Shown piece by piece: positions 1 through 9,714 of a stretch of DNA of 64,000 bases (the stretch's first letter is position 1; every line of letters starts with the position of its first letter). Source of the DNA: Clostridia bacterium (GTDB lineage Bacteria; Bacillota; Clostridia; Oscillospirales; Acutalibacteraceae); contig JAFQVM010000014.1 in the NCBI GenBank assembly GCA_017407995.1, forward strand, positions 48,711 through 112,710. The letters are read 5' to 3'. Under the pieces are notes generated by a model, which made no database searches, had not been told where the DNA came from, and was given only the letters and a program-made list of their open reading frames with translations. The position numbers and the translations under genes were made by a program.

Positions 1-360
1 CAGTTTTTCCTGAAGCTGAGGTCTGCGTGCAAAAGAGTCCACTATTCTTGCAAGCTTTGAAAGGCCTATGATTTTTCCGTTGTCCGGAATATAGGCTATA
101 TGTGCCCTGCCGATAAACGGAAGCAGATGATGTTCGCACATCGAGTACAAGGGAATATCTCTGACTATTACCATCTCTTCATTCTTTTCTTCATTGAACA
201 CTTTAAGATGGCGTCTCGGGTCGTCCTCAAGCCCTGAGAAAATTTCCTCATACATCCTTGCAACACGTGCAGGAGTTTCGACCAAGCCCTCTCTGTCGGG
301 GTCTTCGCCAACGGCTATGAGTATCTCTCTTACGGCCGCTTCTATTCTTTTTTTATCCAT
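1..360 (-). CDS. folE: GTP cyclohydrolase I (partial, runs off window edge)
   Basis: Not in ORF track; manual translation from ATG at 360 gives [41 protein letters not shown]...[13 protein letters not shown]...[21 protein letters not shown]. Confidence 0.96.
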   Translation of the reverse strand, partial: MDKKRIEAAVREILIAVGEDPDREGLVETPARVARMYEEIFSGLEDDPRRHLKVFNEEKNEEMVIVRDIPLYSMCEHHLLPFIGRAHIAYIPDNGKIIGLSKLARIVDSFARRPQLQEKL

Positions 361-373
361 AGAAACATCTCCC

Positions 374-1513
374 TCAGCTGACCAAAATCAGCTCTAAGAT
401 ATGGTGTGTATCATCATTGATATATTTTATCTGTCTTGTCGAAAAATCTACATCTGAGGACAGAGCCGCCACTTCAAGAACTCTGTAAATATCCTCTTTC
501 TCAAAAAGACCGCTAATCGCTCTTTTATAAACCTCATCAGACGAAAAGCAAATGTCAACCTTTCCCGACTTGCTTTCCTTTGCTATCACCTCAGCAAGTG
601 CCGTACGCATATCTGCATCGTAGCTGTCAAACAGCTTTCCTGTTTTCATAAAATAGTTTTCATCAACGCAGATGCATCCGACAGGAGTGCTGTCAAACGA
701 GTGTGTCTTTTGAATATCTGCATCCGTTATGTTGAAATATGAATATCTCTTATTATCATACAGTGCTTCGCCTAACGGGTCATCCCACGTGACATCAAGA
801 TTATACGGCTCACCGTCTATTACAACGATATTCCACATGTGACCCTCTTTGCTGCCATCTTCACGCATAGCCGTTCCGCACACAAGATAGTTTTCAATCT
901 CTGCGGCATCAAGCAAGGTCTTTGCAGCCTTGGCATAGCCTTCACATGACGCCTCACCGTCGAGCAAAGCTCCGCAAGCAGTGCTCTGCATAGGTTTATC
1001 CGGACTCACATAAGTACAACCGTCGACTATCAGGTCATGAATATAAAGCTCTTTCTCAAACGCTGTGCCAAGCAAAGAAAATTCTGACTCTGCTTTACTG
1101 ACTTTTTCATCAAGCTGCCGCTTTTTCTCATTATATTCGACTTTATCCAAAACATAGTCACAGTAAAACCAGCTTCCGTCTATGCCCGTATTCACGCCAC
1201 ACTCTTTACCGAGCATAAAAAGCTCAGGATTGTCATACATAACTGCACACCAAACACGCTCAAGCTGCTCACTGTCCAAAGCAGGAACTTTTATCTTCTC
1301 AGGAAAACTCTCTATCTCCTTAATAATACAGTTGTAAGCCTGCTTTTCAACCTCTGAAAGAGATGAGAAATAGTATTTATATTCACCGTACTGTGCAAGT
1401 TCACCGCTGTCAAAAGAAGTTTTTTGTTTCTGGGATACTACTCCAAAACACAAGCTGAAAGCACCAACTATAAGAGCAACACATATAAAAGAGAATAATA
1501 TTCTTTTCTTCAA
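374..1513 (-). CDS. Secreted/membrane-anchored transglutaminase-like domain protein
   Basis: N-terminal hydrophobic segment; Cys-His-Asp triad motifs [18 protein letters not shown]. Confidence 0.85.
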   Translation of the reverse strand: MKKRILFSFICVALIVGAFSLCFGVVSQKQKTSFDSGELAQYGEYKYYFSSLSEVEKQAYNCIIKEIESFPEKIKVPALDSEQLERVWCAVMYDNPELFMLGKECGVNTGIDGSWFYCDYVLDKVEYNEKKRQLDEKVSKAESEFSLLGTAFEKELYIHDLIVDGCTYVSPDKPMQSTACGALLDGEASCEGYAKAAKTLLDAAEIENYLVCGTAMREDGSKEGHMWNIVVIDGEPYNLDVTWDDPLGEALYDNKRYSYFNITDADIQKTHSFDSTPVGCICVDENYFMKTGKLFDSYDADMRTALAEVIAKESKSGKVDICFSSDEVYKRAISGLFEKEDIYRVLEVAALSSDVDFSTRQIKYINDDTHHILELILVS

Positions 1514-1531
1514 GAGAATCGCCCTTTCCTG

Positions 1532-2407
1532 TTACTGCTCCTGCGAGGGTTTCAGTTCATTAACCGAGTTTACGGTTATATAGCTTATTTCCGAGTCGGC
1601 CATAGCCTCAAGCAAAGGTTCTGTACGTGAAAAATCAACAATTGTTATATTGCTGCTTATTTCGTTGATAACCTGTGAAAAATACGCTCTGCCCGCAGAA
1701 AGATAGCTGTTTGAAACATACTGAGATATCATCGTGCAAAGCAGCTCTCCCTGAGCCTGCATACCGCCGCCCTGCTTCAAAAGATATCTGAAGTATTTAA
1801 GAAGAGATTCACCCTTTATGCTCTGTTCGCCGGGCATAAGCGAAAGGTTAAAATCTTCGGACTTATGGTTTATTCTTTGAGGCACGGTTACAACTGCACC
1901 GTCTAAAACATTAACTGCATTTTTAAACTGCGAGGCTGTTGAAATTGCGTAGCGGTCAATATTAAACCCACACAGAGAATTCACGGCATTCAATAGGCCT
2001 CTTTCAGAGTTTCTCCTGTAATGGCCCGCTATACTGTCCTGCACCCCGCCAACGTTACACACGGTATTTGATGCTATGGGGCATACCCTTATCTCTTTAC
2101 CATCCAAATCTGCAAAGACGACAAAAACAAAGTAGAGGCTATCCTTTTCGTCCGATGAGCACGCAAGTAAAAATGATGCTTCACCGCTGAGTTCAGCCGT
2201 TTGAATAAGGGTTTCGTCCGTAGTTTCGGTAGTCTCTTCCTTTGGGAAGAAGTCCGAAATTGACATATGATAGGCATTGAAAATATATATAACCTATACA
2301 ATTGCGAAAACGAGCAAAAACGCCGCAAATCCGAGAATAAAGCGTTTCATCTTATTCGCATCCCGCTGTTTGGATGTAACAAATTTTATTCCTTTTTTCC
2401 TTGCCAT
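1532..2407 (-). pseudogene. LytR-CpsA-Psr (LCP)-like membrane protein interrupted by an in-frame TAG at 2296-2294
   Basis: GGAGGTG RBS and ATG at 2407; MARKKG...RFILGFAAFLLVFAIV*VIYIFNAYH continues in frame into the 1532..2266 ORF, which has LCP-like segments (IDRYA, FKNAVNVLDGAVVTV, GESLLKYFR, SNITIVD). Confidence 0.7.
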
Positions 2408-2431
2408 TCTTTGCTCACCTCCGCATTAAAA

Positions 2432-4285
2432 TTACTTTTTTAAAACTACTGCACTGTTAGCGCCGACATGAACCGATGTTCCCTCAGGGGTATCACCGTA
2501 AAGAGCTTGTGCGCCACTCCAAAAATCGCTGACTATATAATTTATATCGTGATTATTCGCATTCGCTATCACAAGCACACGCTCATTCTCGCAAACACGC
2601 TCATACGCTATACATCCAAGGGCTGCCGAAACCGGTACGAAATCACCGTTTTTAAATGCAACACTCGAAGCACGCAACTTTGAGAGCCCCCTATAGTGCT
2701 CTATGAGCTCCTCATTCTCGCTGCCCCACGGGTAACAACCCCTGTTGTACGGGTCCTCTCCGCCTGCAGCTCCAGCCTCGTCGCCGTAGTATATGCACGG
2801 CACCCCCGGAAGTGTGAACTGTAAAACGCTCGCAAGCTTTAAAAGATTTACACCCCTACAGTACTCATCGTTCGTCAATGTTCCTTTGTCTCTGCTGTTA
2901 CCCCTGCGAACCACATCGCCTCGTCCAAGACGGGTGATAACACGCACTGTATCGTGCGTGCCTATATGATTCATCAAAGTATGAAGCGCATATTTCGGAT
3001 AATGCTCCGTTATAGACTCAACCGTCTCACACAAAGCCTCCGCCTTAGCGTTCCTGACAAAATCTATAATCGCATTTGCAAACGGGTAGTTCATCACAGA
3101 ATCAAGCTGTCCGCCCAGCAGATAACGCCTGCGTTGTGAATAGCTGATTTTGTTTGTTGCGTCCTCCCAAACTTCGCCGTAAATAAATGCGTCGGGCTTC
3201 TCGGTCTTTACAGCTGTACAAAAACTGTCGAGAAACTTATCGGGAAGTTCATCAGCAACGTCGAGCCTCCAACCGGCTGCTCCCGCTCTGAGCCATTTTC
3301 GTGCCACTCCGTTTTCACCTGTGAAAAACTCCAGCACTCCAGGATTGGTCTCATCCAGCTCGGGCAGAATATCAACGCCCCACCAGCTTGCATAGTCATT
3401 CGGCCATGAACGGAAGTTGTACCACTCCTTGTACGGTGAATCGATACTGTTGTAAGCGCCAATCTCATCATACGTATTCAAGCGGTTAAAATATCTGCTG
3501 TCCGCTCCCGTATGGCTGAAAACGCCGTCAAGAATAATCTTTATACCCTTTTTCTCTGCACTGCTGCAAAGCTGCTCAAACGCAGCCTCATCTCCCAGCA
3601 GAGAATCTATTTTCATATAATCTCCGGTGTCATACCGATGATTTGAACGGGCTTTAAAGATAGGATTAAAATATATACAGCTGACACCAAGCGAAGCTAA
3701 GTAATCAAGCTTTTCCTCAACTCCCGCAAGGTCACCGCCGAAAAAGTCATACTCGTTTATCTTACCGAGACTGTCGGGTTTCCACATGGGTTCGGCTCCC
3801 CAATCGTCCCTTATAACAGCTCCTGCTTTCTTCTCACAGACTGTCGTTTTGCCCGAACGGTTAAATCTGTCAGGGAAAATCTGATAGATTATGCCGCCCT
3901 CAAGCCAGCTCTGTGAAAGCTTGTCAGCATCGTACACTGTAAGCTGCCAACGCTCACCGTCGCCAATGATACCGTTTCCTCCGCTCTCAAGAGAGATGGG
4001 CTTTGTGCCGGACGGTGTGTCAAACTCGAACAGATACCACCAGACTCCCGTCTCAGGCGATACGGTTTCAAGACGCCACCATTCTTCACTGTCGCCCTCC
4101 ATGCGCTCCCAGGAAAAGCTCTCTGATAAATTTTCGCCGTCGTCATCAAACATAACAAGGCGCACTGCGCTGCACTGCTCATGCCTCGGCAAAACTATTC
4201 TGAAAATCATCTTTTCCCCTGACGCTACTGCACCTAAAGGAAACCTGTGATATTCTTTGCGTGAATTAAATGGGATAAAATACAT
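2432..4285 (-). CDS. GH13 neopullulanase/cyclomaltodextrinase/amylopullulanase-like glycosidase (cytoplasmic)
   Basis: YQIFPDRF, NHRYDT, LDGVFSH, GWRLDVADE, GEVWED, GTHDT motifs; start adjusted to ATG 4285; no signal peptide. Confidence 0.93.
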   Translation of the reverse strand: MYFIPFNSRKEYHRFPLGAVASGEKMIFRIVLPRHEQCSAVRLVMFDDDGENLSESFSWERMEGDSEEWWRLETVSPETGVWWYLFEFDTPSGTKPISLESGGNGIIGDGERWQLTVYDADKLSQSWLEGGIIYQIFPDRFNRSGKTTVCEKKAGAVIRDDWGAEPMWKPDSLGKINEYDFFGGDLAGVEEKLDYLASLGVSCIYFNPIFKARSNHRYDTGDYMKIDSLLGDEAAFEQLCSSAEKKGIKIILDGVFSHTGADSRYFNRLNTYDEIGAYNSIDSPYKEWYNFRSWPNDYASWWGVDILPELDETNPGVLEFFTGENGVARKWLRAGAAGWRLDVADELPDKFLDSFCTAVKTEKPDAFIYGEVWEDATNKISYSQRRRYLLGGQLDSVMNYPFANAIIDFVRNAKAEALCETVESITEHYPKYALHTLMNHIGTHDTVRVITRLGRGDVVRRGNSRDKGTLTNDEYCRGVNLLKLASVLQFTLPGVPCIYYGDEAGAAGGEDPYNRGCYPWGSENEELIEHYRGLSKLRASSVAFKNGDFVPVSAALGCIAYERVCENERVLVIANANNHDINYIVSDFWSGAQALYGDTPEGTSVHVGANSAVVLKK

Positions 4286-4312
4286 TATATAGTCCACCAA
4301 TTAGCTGCTCAA

Positions 4313-5437
4313 TCAGCCTGCAAGAATATATGTCTTATCTGAGCTTTGAGCTGCTTTCTTTATTTCAATAACCTTTTTTGAAGCGGGATAGTTTTTACTT
4401 GCATTATCTGCCACGGTCGTTATATCAATAGCAAACATTGAAGCATTTGCATTCCACAACGCACCGTCATAGATATGGCTGCTGCCGTTGACTGCCGCAT
4501 CGCCTGTCATTGTACAAATCACGGGTGTTCCCCCAGCCGCAGAAACGCATGAGTTTACAAAGTTTATCAAAACCTGATTTCTTTTCGGTGCGCCCGACGT
4601 CTTTTCACCGTCAAAACTCGCAAGACCGGAAACGAGATTCGGGAACTGGACGCCGTCAAGCATAATATAGTCCACTCCAAGTTTCTTAACCTCGCCGACC
4701 ACCGCTGTAAGATATCCTGTTGCAGCAGCGGAGTACGGATTAAGCCACGGCTTGCCTCCCTTTGCAGGGTCATTGTCGTGCCACAGACTGTCCGTATTTG
4801 AATAGTGCACAGCAGCAGTCCTGTCTGTACGGGGCATAAGGATATCCTTAAAACAATATATCCTTGCAACAACCGCTATACCGGATGCTTGTAGCTTTTT
4901 AACGGCCTGCGCCGCATTCGCCTGTGACTTAGAAGTTATATCCGTGTTCTGAACAGCTGCTATTGATGACGGATAATAAAGATATCCGTTTTCATCCTTG
5001 AAGTTTATTACTACAGCGTTAAGTCCGCTGCTCTTAAGCGACTGAATATATGAATCAAGCACCGCACCGTCTGAAAGCAGTGAGCTGTTGCCAACCTTAG
5101 CCTTAATTTCAGACGGAACATTTTCCGTTGTCTGCGGACTTTCAGTACCGCTATTGCCACTCTGAGGAGCAGCATCGGTTGACGGAGCGTTGGTTGTTTC
5201 AATCTCAGCATCCGATATGCCCATGAGAGTGTCGGTTATAAAAAACGAAGCGGTAAAAACCAGCGCCGCACCAAGCACACAGGCAATAACTATACCTATT
5301 GTGCGGTTGCGTTTGCGTTCGGTATAACTCTTTCTGCGTCTTGTGCCGCCTGCCGCATTTTTACTAAAGCCGGTTATACTGCTGCGTGTTCTTGAGGAAA
5401 AATATTTATCGTACTTTGTTTTTCTTCTCCTTGACAT
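4313..5437 (-). CDS. Membrane-anchored putative glycoside hydrolase (DUF4015-like TIM barrel)
   Basis: Basic N-tail, single TM helix, S/T linker, then NAVVINFKDENG, ARIYCFKD, WLNPY, MLDGVQFP. Confidence 0.75.
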   Translation of the reverse strand: MSRRRKTKYDKYFSSRTRSSITGFSKNAAGGTRRRKSYTERKRNRTIGIVIACVLGAALVFTASFFITDTLMGISDAEIETTNAPSTDAAPQSGNSGTESPQTTENVPSEIKAKVGNSSLLSDGAVLDSYIQSLKSSGLNAVVINFKDENGYLYYPSSIAAVQNTDITSKSQANAAQAVKKLQASGIAVVARIYCFKDILMPRTDRTAAVHYSNTDSLWHDNDPAKGGKPWLNPYSAAATGYLTAVVGEVKKLGVDYIMLDGVQFPNLVSGLASFDGEKTSGAPKRNQVLINFVNSCVSAAGGTPVICTMTGDAAVNGSSHIYDGALWNANASMFAIDITTVADNASKNYPASKKVIEIKKAAQSSDKTYILAG

Positions 5438-5473
5438 TTATGTCACTCCTCGGCTGAAATCAGTTTTTCAAAA

Positions 5474-6073
5474 TTATGAGAACAGCGAGCCTCCGGAAAA
5501 TCCGGAAAAGGCCAGCGACAGCAGTGCAACATACAAAAATGCTGCCGGTGTACCTCTGAAAGCTTTTGGAATATCCTTATTCTGGGATATGCGGTGAAGT
5601 CCTTTACGAATAAGCGCCGCCGCAACAATAAAGGCCAAACCTGCTCCGATACCCGATGCTATACTCTCTGCAAAAGTATACGCAGCACTTCTGTTTAAAA
5701 ACGGCGTTGCCAAAACAAGTGTATTTATCGCCGCCATAGCAAGCGTTCCGAGAAACTTCTCAGTAGCTCCCAAGGCAAACTTTAATACGACAGCCGTTAT
5801 AACAAACACAATCGCAAGCACGGCACTGAAAATCACGAAATGAATAGCCGGCGAAAAACCAGAGATGCGTGGCACCAAATCAAGGGCTCGGCAAATAAGC
5901 GCTGTAGCCGTTGAGAAAAACGCTATCATTGCAGAAAACATCCAAAGCCTGCGTGGCTTTTTGGCAAGCATAAGAGCCTCACTTGACGCATATCCGCCGT
6001 TGAAAACAAGATTTTGCACAAAGACGGTATACATCGCTACAGAGAGCATATCGAAAAACCATGTCATGTTCAT
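5474..6073 (-). CDS. RnfA/NqrE-like membrane protein, degenerate (no Fe-S Cys)
   Basis: About six TM helices; C-terminal IPKAFRGTPAAFLYVALLSLAFSGF matches the RnfA VP..F.G.P......G..S.AF.GF signature. Confidence 0.8.
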   Translation of the reverse strand: MNMTWFFDMLSVAMYTVFVQNLVFNGGYASSEALMLAKKPRRLWMFSAMIAFFSTATALICRALDLVPRISGFSPAIHFVIFSAVLAIVFVITAVVLKFALGATEKFLGTLAMAAINTLVLATPFLNRSAAYTFAESIASGIGAGLAFIVAAALIRKGLHRISQNKDIPKAFRGTPAAFLYVALLSLAFSGFSGGSLFS

Positions 6074-7116
6074 TTTTCGCCCTCCCCCTCTTCGCTGATT
6101 TCCTGTTCGATTGCAGATGTATCATCAAAAACCGAGCCGAAAAGATGGCTCAAAGTAGTACCGAAATCATCGTCATCACTGTTGTTTTGAAGGTCGGGAA
6201 ACTCTCTTTTTTCAAAAGCCTTTATTATTTCGTCTATATCCTGACTGTGTGTTTCTTCCGATTCTTCAAACTCCATGGGAGTTAGGTCCTCAAGCTCAGC
6301 TTCTTCAACTTCAGGCTCTTTTGTTTCTTCTTTCTCAGACTCCTCAACCTGCGTCTCTACCGCTTCCTCCGCCTCAGGTTCAGATTCGGTATCCTCTGTC
6401 TGCTCTTCTTCGGGCTGCTCTTCAACAGCACTATCTTCTTCCGGCAGGTTCTTTTTGCTGACGATTACAGAGGTTTTCTTTATTTCAATCTCTGTCTCCT
6501 CAGAATATTCAGGAAATCGTTTATTTATTAATGCCTTGAGCGCTGCCGCACAAAATGCAAGAACTATAAACCCGCCAAACGGCATAAGCAGTGCGGGGAA
6601 TGTAAACGGCACTGAAACAGGTTTTCCCCAGACCGAAGCCATGCCCAAAAGCTCTCTGAAAAATCCCACGACAACAATAACAGCTGCATAGCCTACGGAA
6701 CACGCTACCGCATCAAACAGAGCGCTTTTAAAGTCCGTTTTTACCGCAAACTTTTCACAATGAAGGGCTGTAATCGAGCTTACAGCTGTAAGTCCGAGAT
6801 ATATTCCCGCTCCTATTCGCAGGTTTGGGTCAATTCTATCAATTAAAAACATAACAGGTGCCACAATAGCGGTTCCGATAACAAGATACAGAACAACTCT
6901 TATCCACCTTGCAACTTTTTTAAGCAAAAGGTTGGCAATCGCCTGTGTTATTATCATAACAGGAAAGAAAACCAATGAAAGCAGCAACGCCGTTTTAAGC
7001 GTTGTCGCAACTGCTACGATAGCACCCAGGCCTACCATCTGCACAAGCACGGGATTATGAATAAACGCCGAGCTGAACATCGCATCGGAAAAGGACAGCT
7101 TACTTCTTTTATCCAT
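6070..7116 (-). CDS. RnfE/NqrD-like membrane protein with long acidic C-terminal tail
   Basis: NPVLVQMVGL...AVAT, FFRELLG, LLMPFGGFI motifs; about 150 aa Glu-rich tail. Confidence 0.82.
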   Translation of the reverse strand: MDKRSKLSFSDAMFSSAFIHNPVLVQMVGLGAIVAVATTLKTALLLSLVFFPVMIITQAIANLLLKKVARWIRVVLYLVIGTAIVAPVMFLIDRIDPNLRIGAGIYLGLTAVSSITALHCEKFAVKTDFKSALFDAVACSVGYAAVIVVVGFFRELLGMASVWGKPVSVPFTFPALLMPFGGFIVLAFCAAALKALINKRFPEYSEETEIEIKKTSVIVSKKNLPEEDSAVEEQPEEEQTEDTESEPEAEEAVETQVEESEKEETKEPEVEEAELEDLTPMEFEESEETHSQDIDEIIKAFEKREFPDLQNNSDDDDFGTTLSHLFGSVFDDTSAIEQEISEEGEGEK

Positions 7117-8137
7117 TCAGCTCACCTCCCTGCTCCGCAAGTACAGCTTCTTCGTTGGTTTCATTTTTCTTTCTTTTTTGACGTCGTTTTTTACCGGAAT
7201 CCTCAATGAGCTTATAGAACCCGATTTTTCTAAGCAGGCTTTCCACAATCGGCCAGAAAGCGTTTGCGAGCAAGATGCCGAAGCATGAACCGTCCTCAAA
7301 CGCACCGAAATATCTCACAGCCATACATGCCGTTCCCGCAAAAGCACCGTAGACAAAACGCAACAACGGGTGTTTTGGAGAGGTTGCAGGGTCTGTTGCA
7401 AAGAATATGCCGGAAAACAGTAATGTTCCTGCGCAGAGCTCCATAAAAAGAGATGTGAATCTGCCGAATGAGCCACGTGGGAAAAGCAGAGCAAGAACTG
7501 CACACGCTGCCAAAAAACCTATGACATTGCAGAGTTTCTTCGGCTTCAAAAGCAGGAAGAACGCACAACATCCTATTAGTGCAGCCGCACAGCAGGTTCC
7601 CATCGGTCCGGACACATTACCCGAGACTATAGACAGCACTCTTAACATATTCAGATGCTGAGCACCTCCGGCTTGGAGCATCGCCGCCAAAGAAGTTCCT
7701 GTCTCAATGGTTTGCGTTGTTACTCCCACAGCAGGAAAAGTAAAAACCTCCTGAGGGAAACATACCGACAAAAACGCCATTCCTGCAGCTGCCGGTACAA
7801 ACGGAACCTTAAGAACCGAACCAAACGGAATCTTTACAACAAGAATTGCAAAGGCAACTCCCGCAACAAGAAGTCCCGTGCTCGCCGTGGCAGGAAGCAT
7901 CATAGCAATAGCTGCTCCGGTAAAAGCCGCAGAGAAGTCAAAAATGCTCTGTTTGTCCCTCTTCATTACGATAACAGCTATAAGTTCAAACAACATCGAG
8001 CTTATAATTCCTATAAGTAACAGCCTGAGTGCATTTGCACCGTAATAGTACCAACTGACTATCGCCGGTGCCAAAAGCATCAGCATATATTCTATATAAG
8101 ACCTGTTTTCTATTTTTATGCGTTTTCGTTGAGCCAT
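7109..8137 (-). CDS. RnfD/NqrB-like membrane protein
   Basis: DFSAAFTG, KIPFGS..PFVPA, GPMGT, FFATDPATSP motifs; start set to ATG 8137 after GGAAAGG. Confidence 0.85.
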   Translation of the reverse strand: MAQRKRIKIENRSYIEYMLMLLAPAIVSWYYYGANALRLLLIGIISSMLFELIAVIVMKRDKQSIFDFSAAFTGAAIAMMLPATASTGLLVAGVAFAILVVKIPFGSVLKVPFVPAAAGMAFLSVCFPQEVFTFPAVGVTTQTIETGTSLAAMLQAGGAQHLNMLRVLSIVSGNVSGPMGTCCAAALIGCCAFFLLLKPKKLCNVIGFLAACAVLALLFPRGSFGRFTSLFMELCAGTLLFSGIFFATDPATSPKHPLLRFVYGAFAGTACMAVRYFGAFEDGSCFGILLANAFWPIVESLLRKIGFYKLIEDSGKKRRQKRKKNETNEEAVLAEQGGELNG

Positions 8138-8260
8138 AAGACCAACCTTTCCGCCGTGTACTTCGATTTCTTTGCACACTGCCAAATTTTTTGCATTGCA
8201 TACTGCTTGTATGCGTAATATTATAGTTATGAGGATATTTTCATGAGGGGGAGGACAAAT

Positions 8261-8842
8261 ATGAGAATTGACGCACCTGAAGAAAACCAAATCATTATTG
8301 AGCTTTCTGCAGAGGATATGTCCGCACTGAATATTACATACGAAGAAATGGACTATTCAAACATTGAAACCCGCCGAGTTGTCTGGACACTGCTTGATAA
8401 AGCGGGGCACGTTTTAAACCGAGATATAGACCCCAGTGGTAAAATGATAATAGAAGCAGTCCCATCAAGAAGCGGAGGCTGCGTTATGAAATTTACGCTA
8501 TGCCACAACGAATCGCATGAGCGGTTTCGCTGTATCCACCCTGTCATTCACAAGGAGGGCAATCTGACGGTATACGAGTTTTCATCACTTGATAACATAA
8601 TGGATGCTGCCGCTGCCTGTTCGGAAGAGATGATTCAGGGAACAAGCGAAGTCTATGAGCAAAAGGGTAAGTACAGACTGATATTCCGCTCTAAAACAGG
8701 TGATTCAAGATGCGGCATGACGCTGTGTGAATTCGGCCGTGAGATAGGAAGCGGCGACATTGTCGCTGCACGCACACGGGAACATTGGCGCTGCATCGTA
8801 AAATCAAATGCACTCCAAAAGCTCGGCAACAAACATATTTGA
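8261..8842 (+). CDS. mecA: ClpC adaptor protein MecA
   Basis: MRID..EN..IIELS.EDM N-terminus, GKMIIEA, YEFSSLDN, LCEFG, EHW..I...AL. Confidence 0.8.
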   Translation: MRIDAPEENQIIIELSAEDMSALNITYEEMDYSNIETRRVVWTLLDKAGHVLNRDIDPSGKMIIEAVPSRSGGCVMKFTLCHNESHERFRCIHPVIHKEGNLTVYEFSSLDNIMDAAAACSEEMIQGTSEVYEQKGKYRLIFRSKTGDSRCGMTLCEFGREIGSGDIVAARTREHWRCIVKSNALQKLGNKHI

Positions 8843-8847
8843 TGATA

Positions 8848-9510
8848 TTATTGGCAGCTTTTTGCTGCCTCTTTCATCTCTTTTATCGCCTTTTCGGGGT
8901 CTGCTGCGCCAAAAACAGCACTTCCCGCAACACATACAGTAGCTCCGCTTTGGGCAGCCACACCTATTGTTGAGGGTGATATTCCGCCGTCAACCTGAAT
9001 CTCAACATTCAGACCTCTGCGCTCACATTCTGAGCGCAGTTTCTTTACCTTTTCCATCATGTCGGGCATAAACTTCTGTCCGCCGAATCCGGGTTCAACA
9101 GTCATGACAAGCACCATGCCAAGCTTATCGAGATACGGAAATACCGTTTCAATCGGTGTTGCTGGCTTCACGCTCAGCGCTGCCACGCAATCCTTTGAGC
9201 GGATGAAATCTATCGTTTCCTCAACAGGAGATTCAGACTCGATATGGAAAGTCAAAATATCGGCACCCGCATCAATAAACTCGCCTGCGTAACGAAGCGG
9301 TTCGCTTATCATCAAATGCACATCAAAGGGAAGCTTAGCCTTATCCCTTATACTCGCTATTATCGGTGCACCGAAAGTTATATTGGGCACAAAATGACCG
9401 TCCATAACATCGAGATGCAGCCAGTCTGAACCGGCTTTTTCTATCATAGCTGCCTGCGCTCCCATCTGCGAGAAATCGCCTGCAAGCATTGAAGCGGCTA
9501 TTTTAATCAA
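8848..9510 (-). CDS. rpe: Ribulose-phosphate 3-epimerase
   Basis: HLDVMDGHFVPNITFG, DVHLM, MTVEPGFGGQ, VDGG; TTG start at 9510 after GGAG. Confidence 0.96.
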   Translation of the reverse strand: MIKIAASMLAGDFSQMGAQAAMIEKAGSDWLHLDVMDGHFVPNITFGAPIIASIRDKAKLPFDVHLMISEPLRYAGEFIDAGADILTFHIESESPVEETIDFIRSKDCVAALSVKPATPIETVFPYLDKLGMVLVMTVEPGFGGQKFMPDMMEKVKKLRSECERRGLNVEIQVDGGISPSTIGVAAQSGATVCVAGSAVFGAADPEKAIKEMKEAAKSCQ

Positions 9511-9714
9511 GATTTTCTCCGCCTTTCTTTTCATATATACTGATAAACATATACGACTTTGTATTATACCAATTTTTTTATATTTAGTCAATTCCGAGGA
9601 CTTGTTTTGACTACTTTACAAATACTGTAAATTATGGTATTATCTCATGGGGAATTGAAAAAAGATATAAAAGCTGTGCAGAGCTTTTACTATCGAAAAT
9701 TAAGGAGAATAAAA

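Noticed and set aside
8138-8290. N-terminal extension of the RnfD-like ORF overlapping mecA
   Set aside because: No RBS; the real start is ATG 8137 and the interval is a divergent promoter region.
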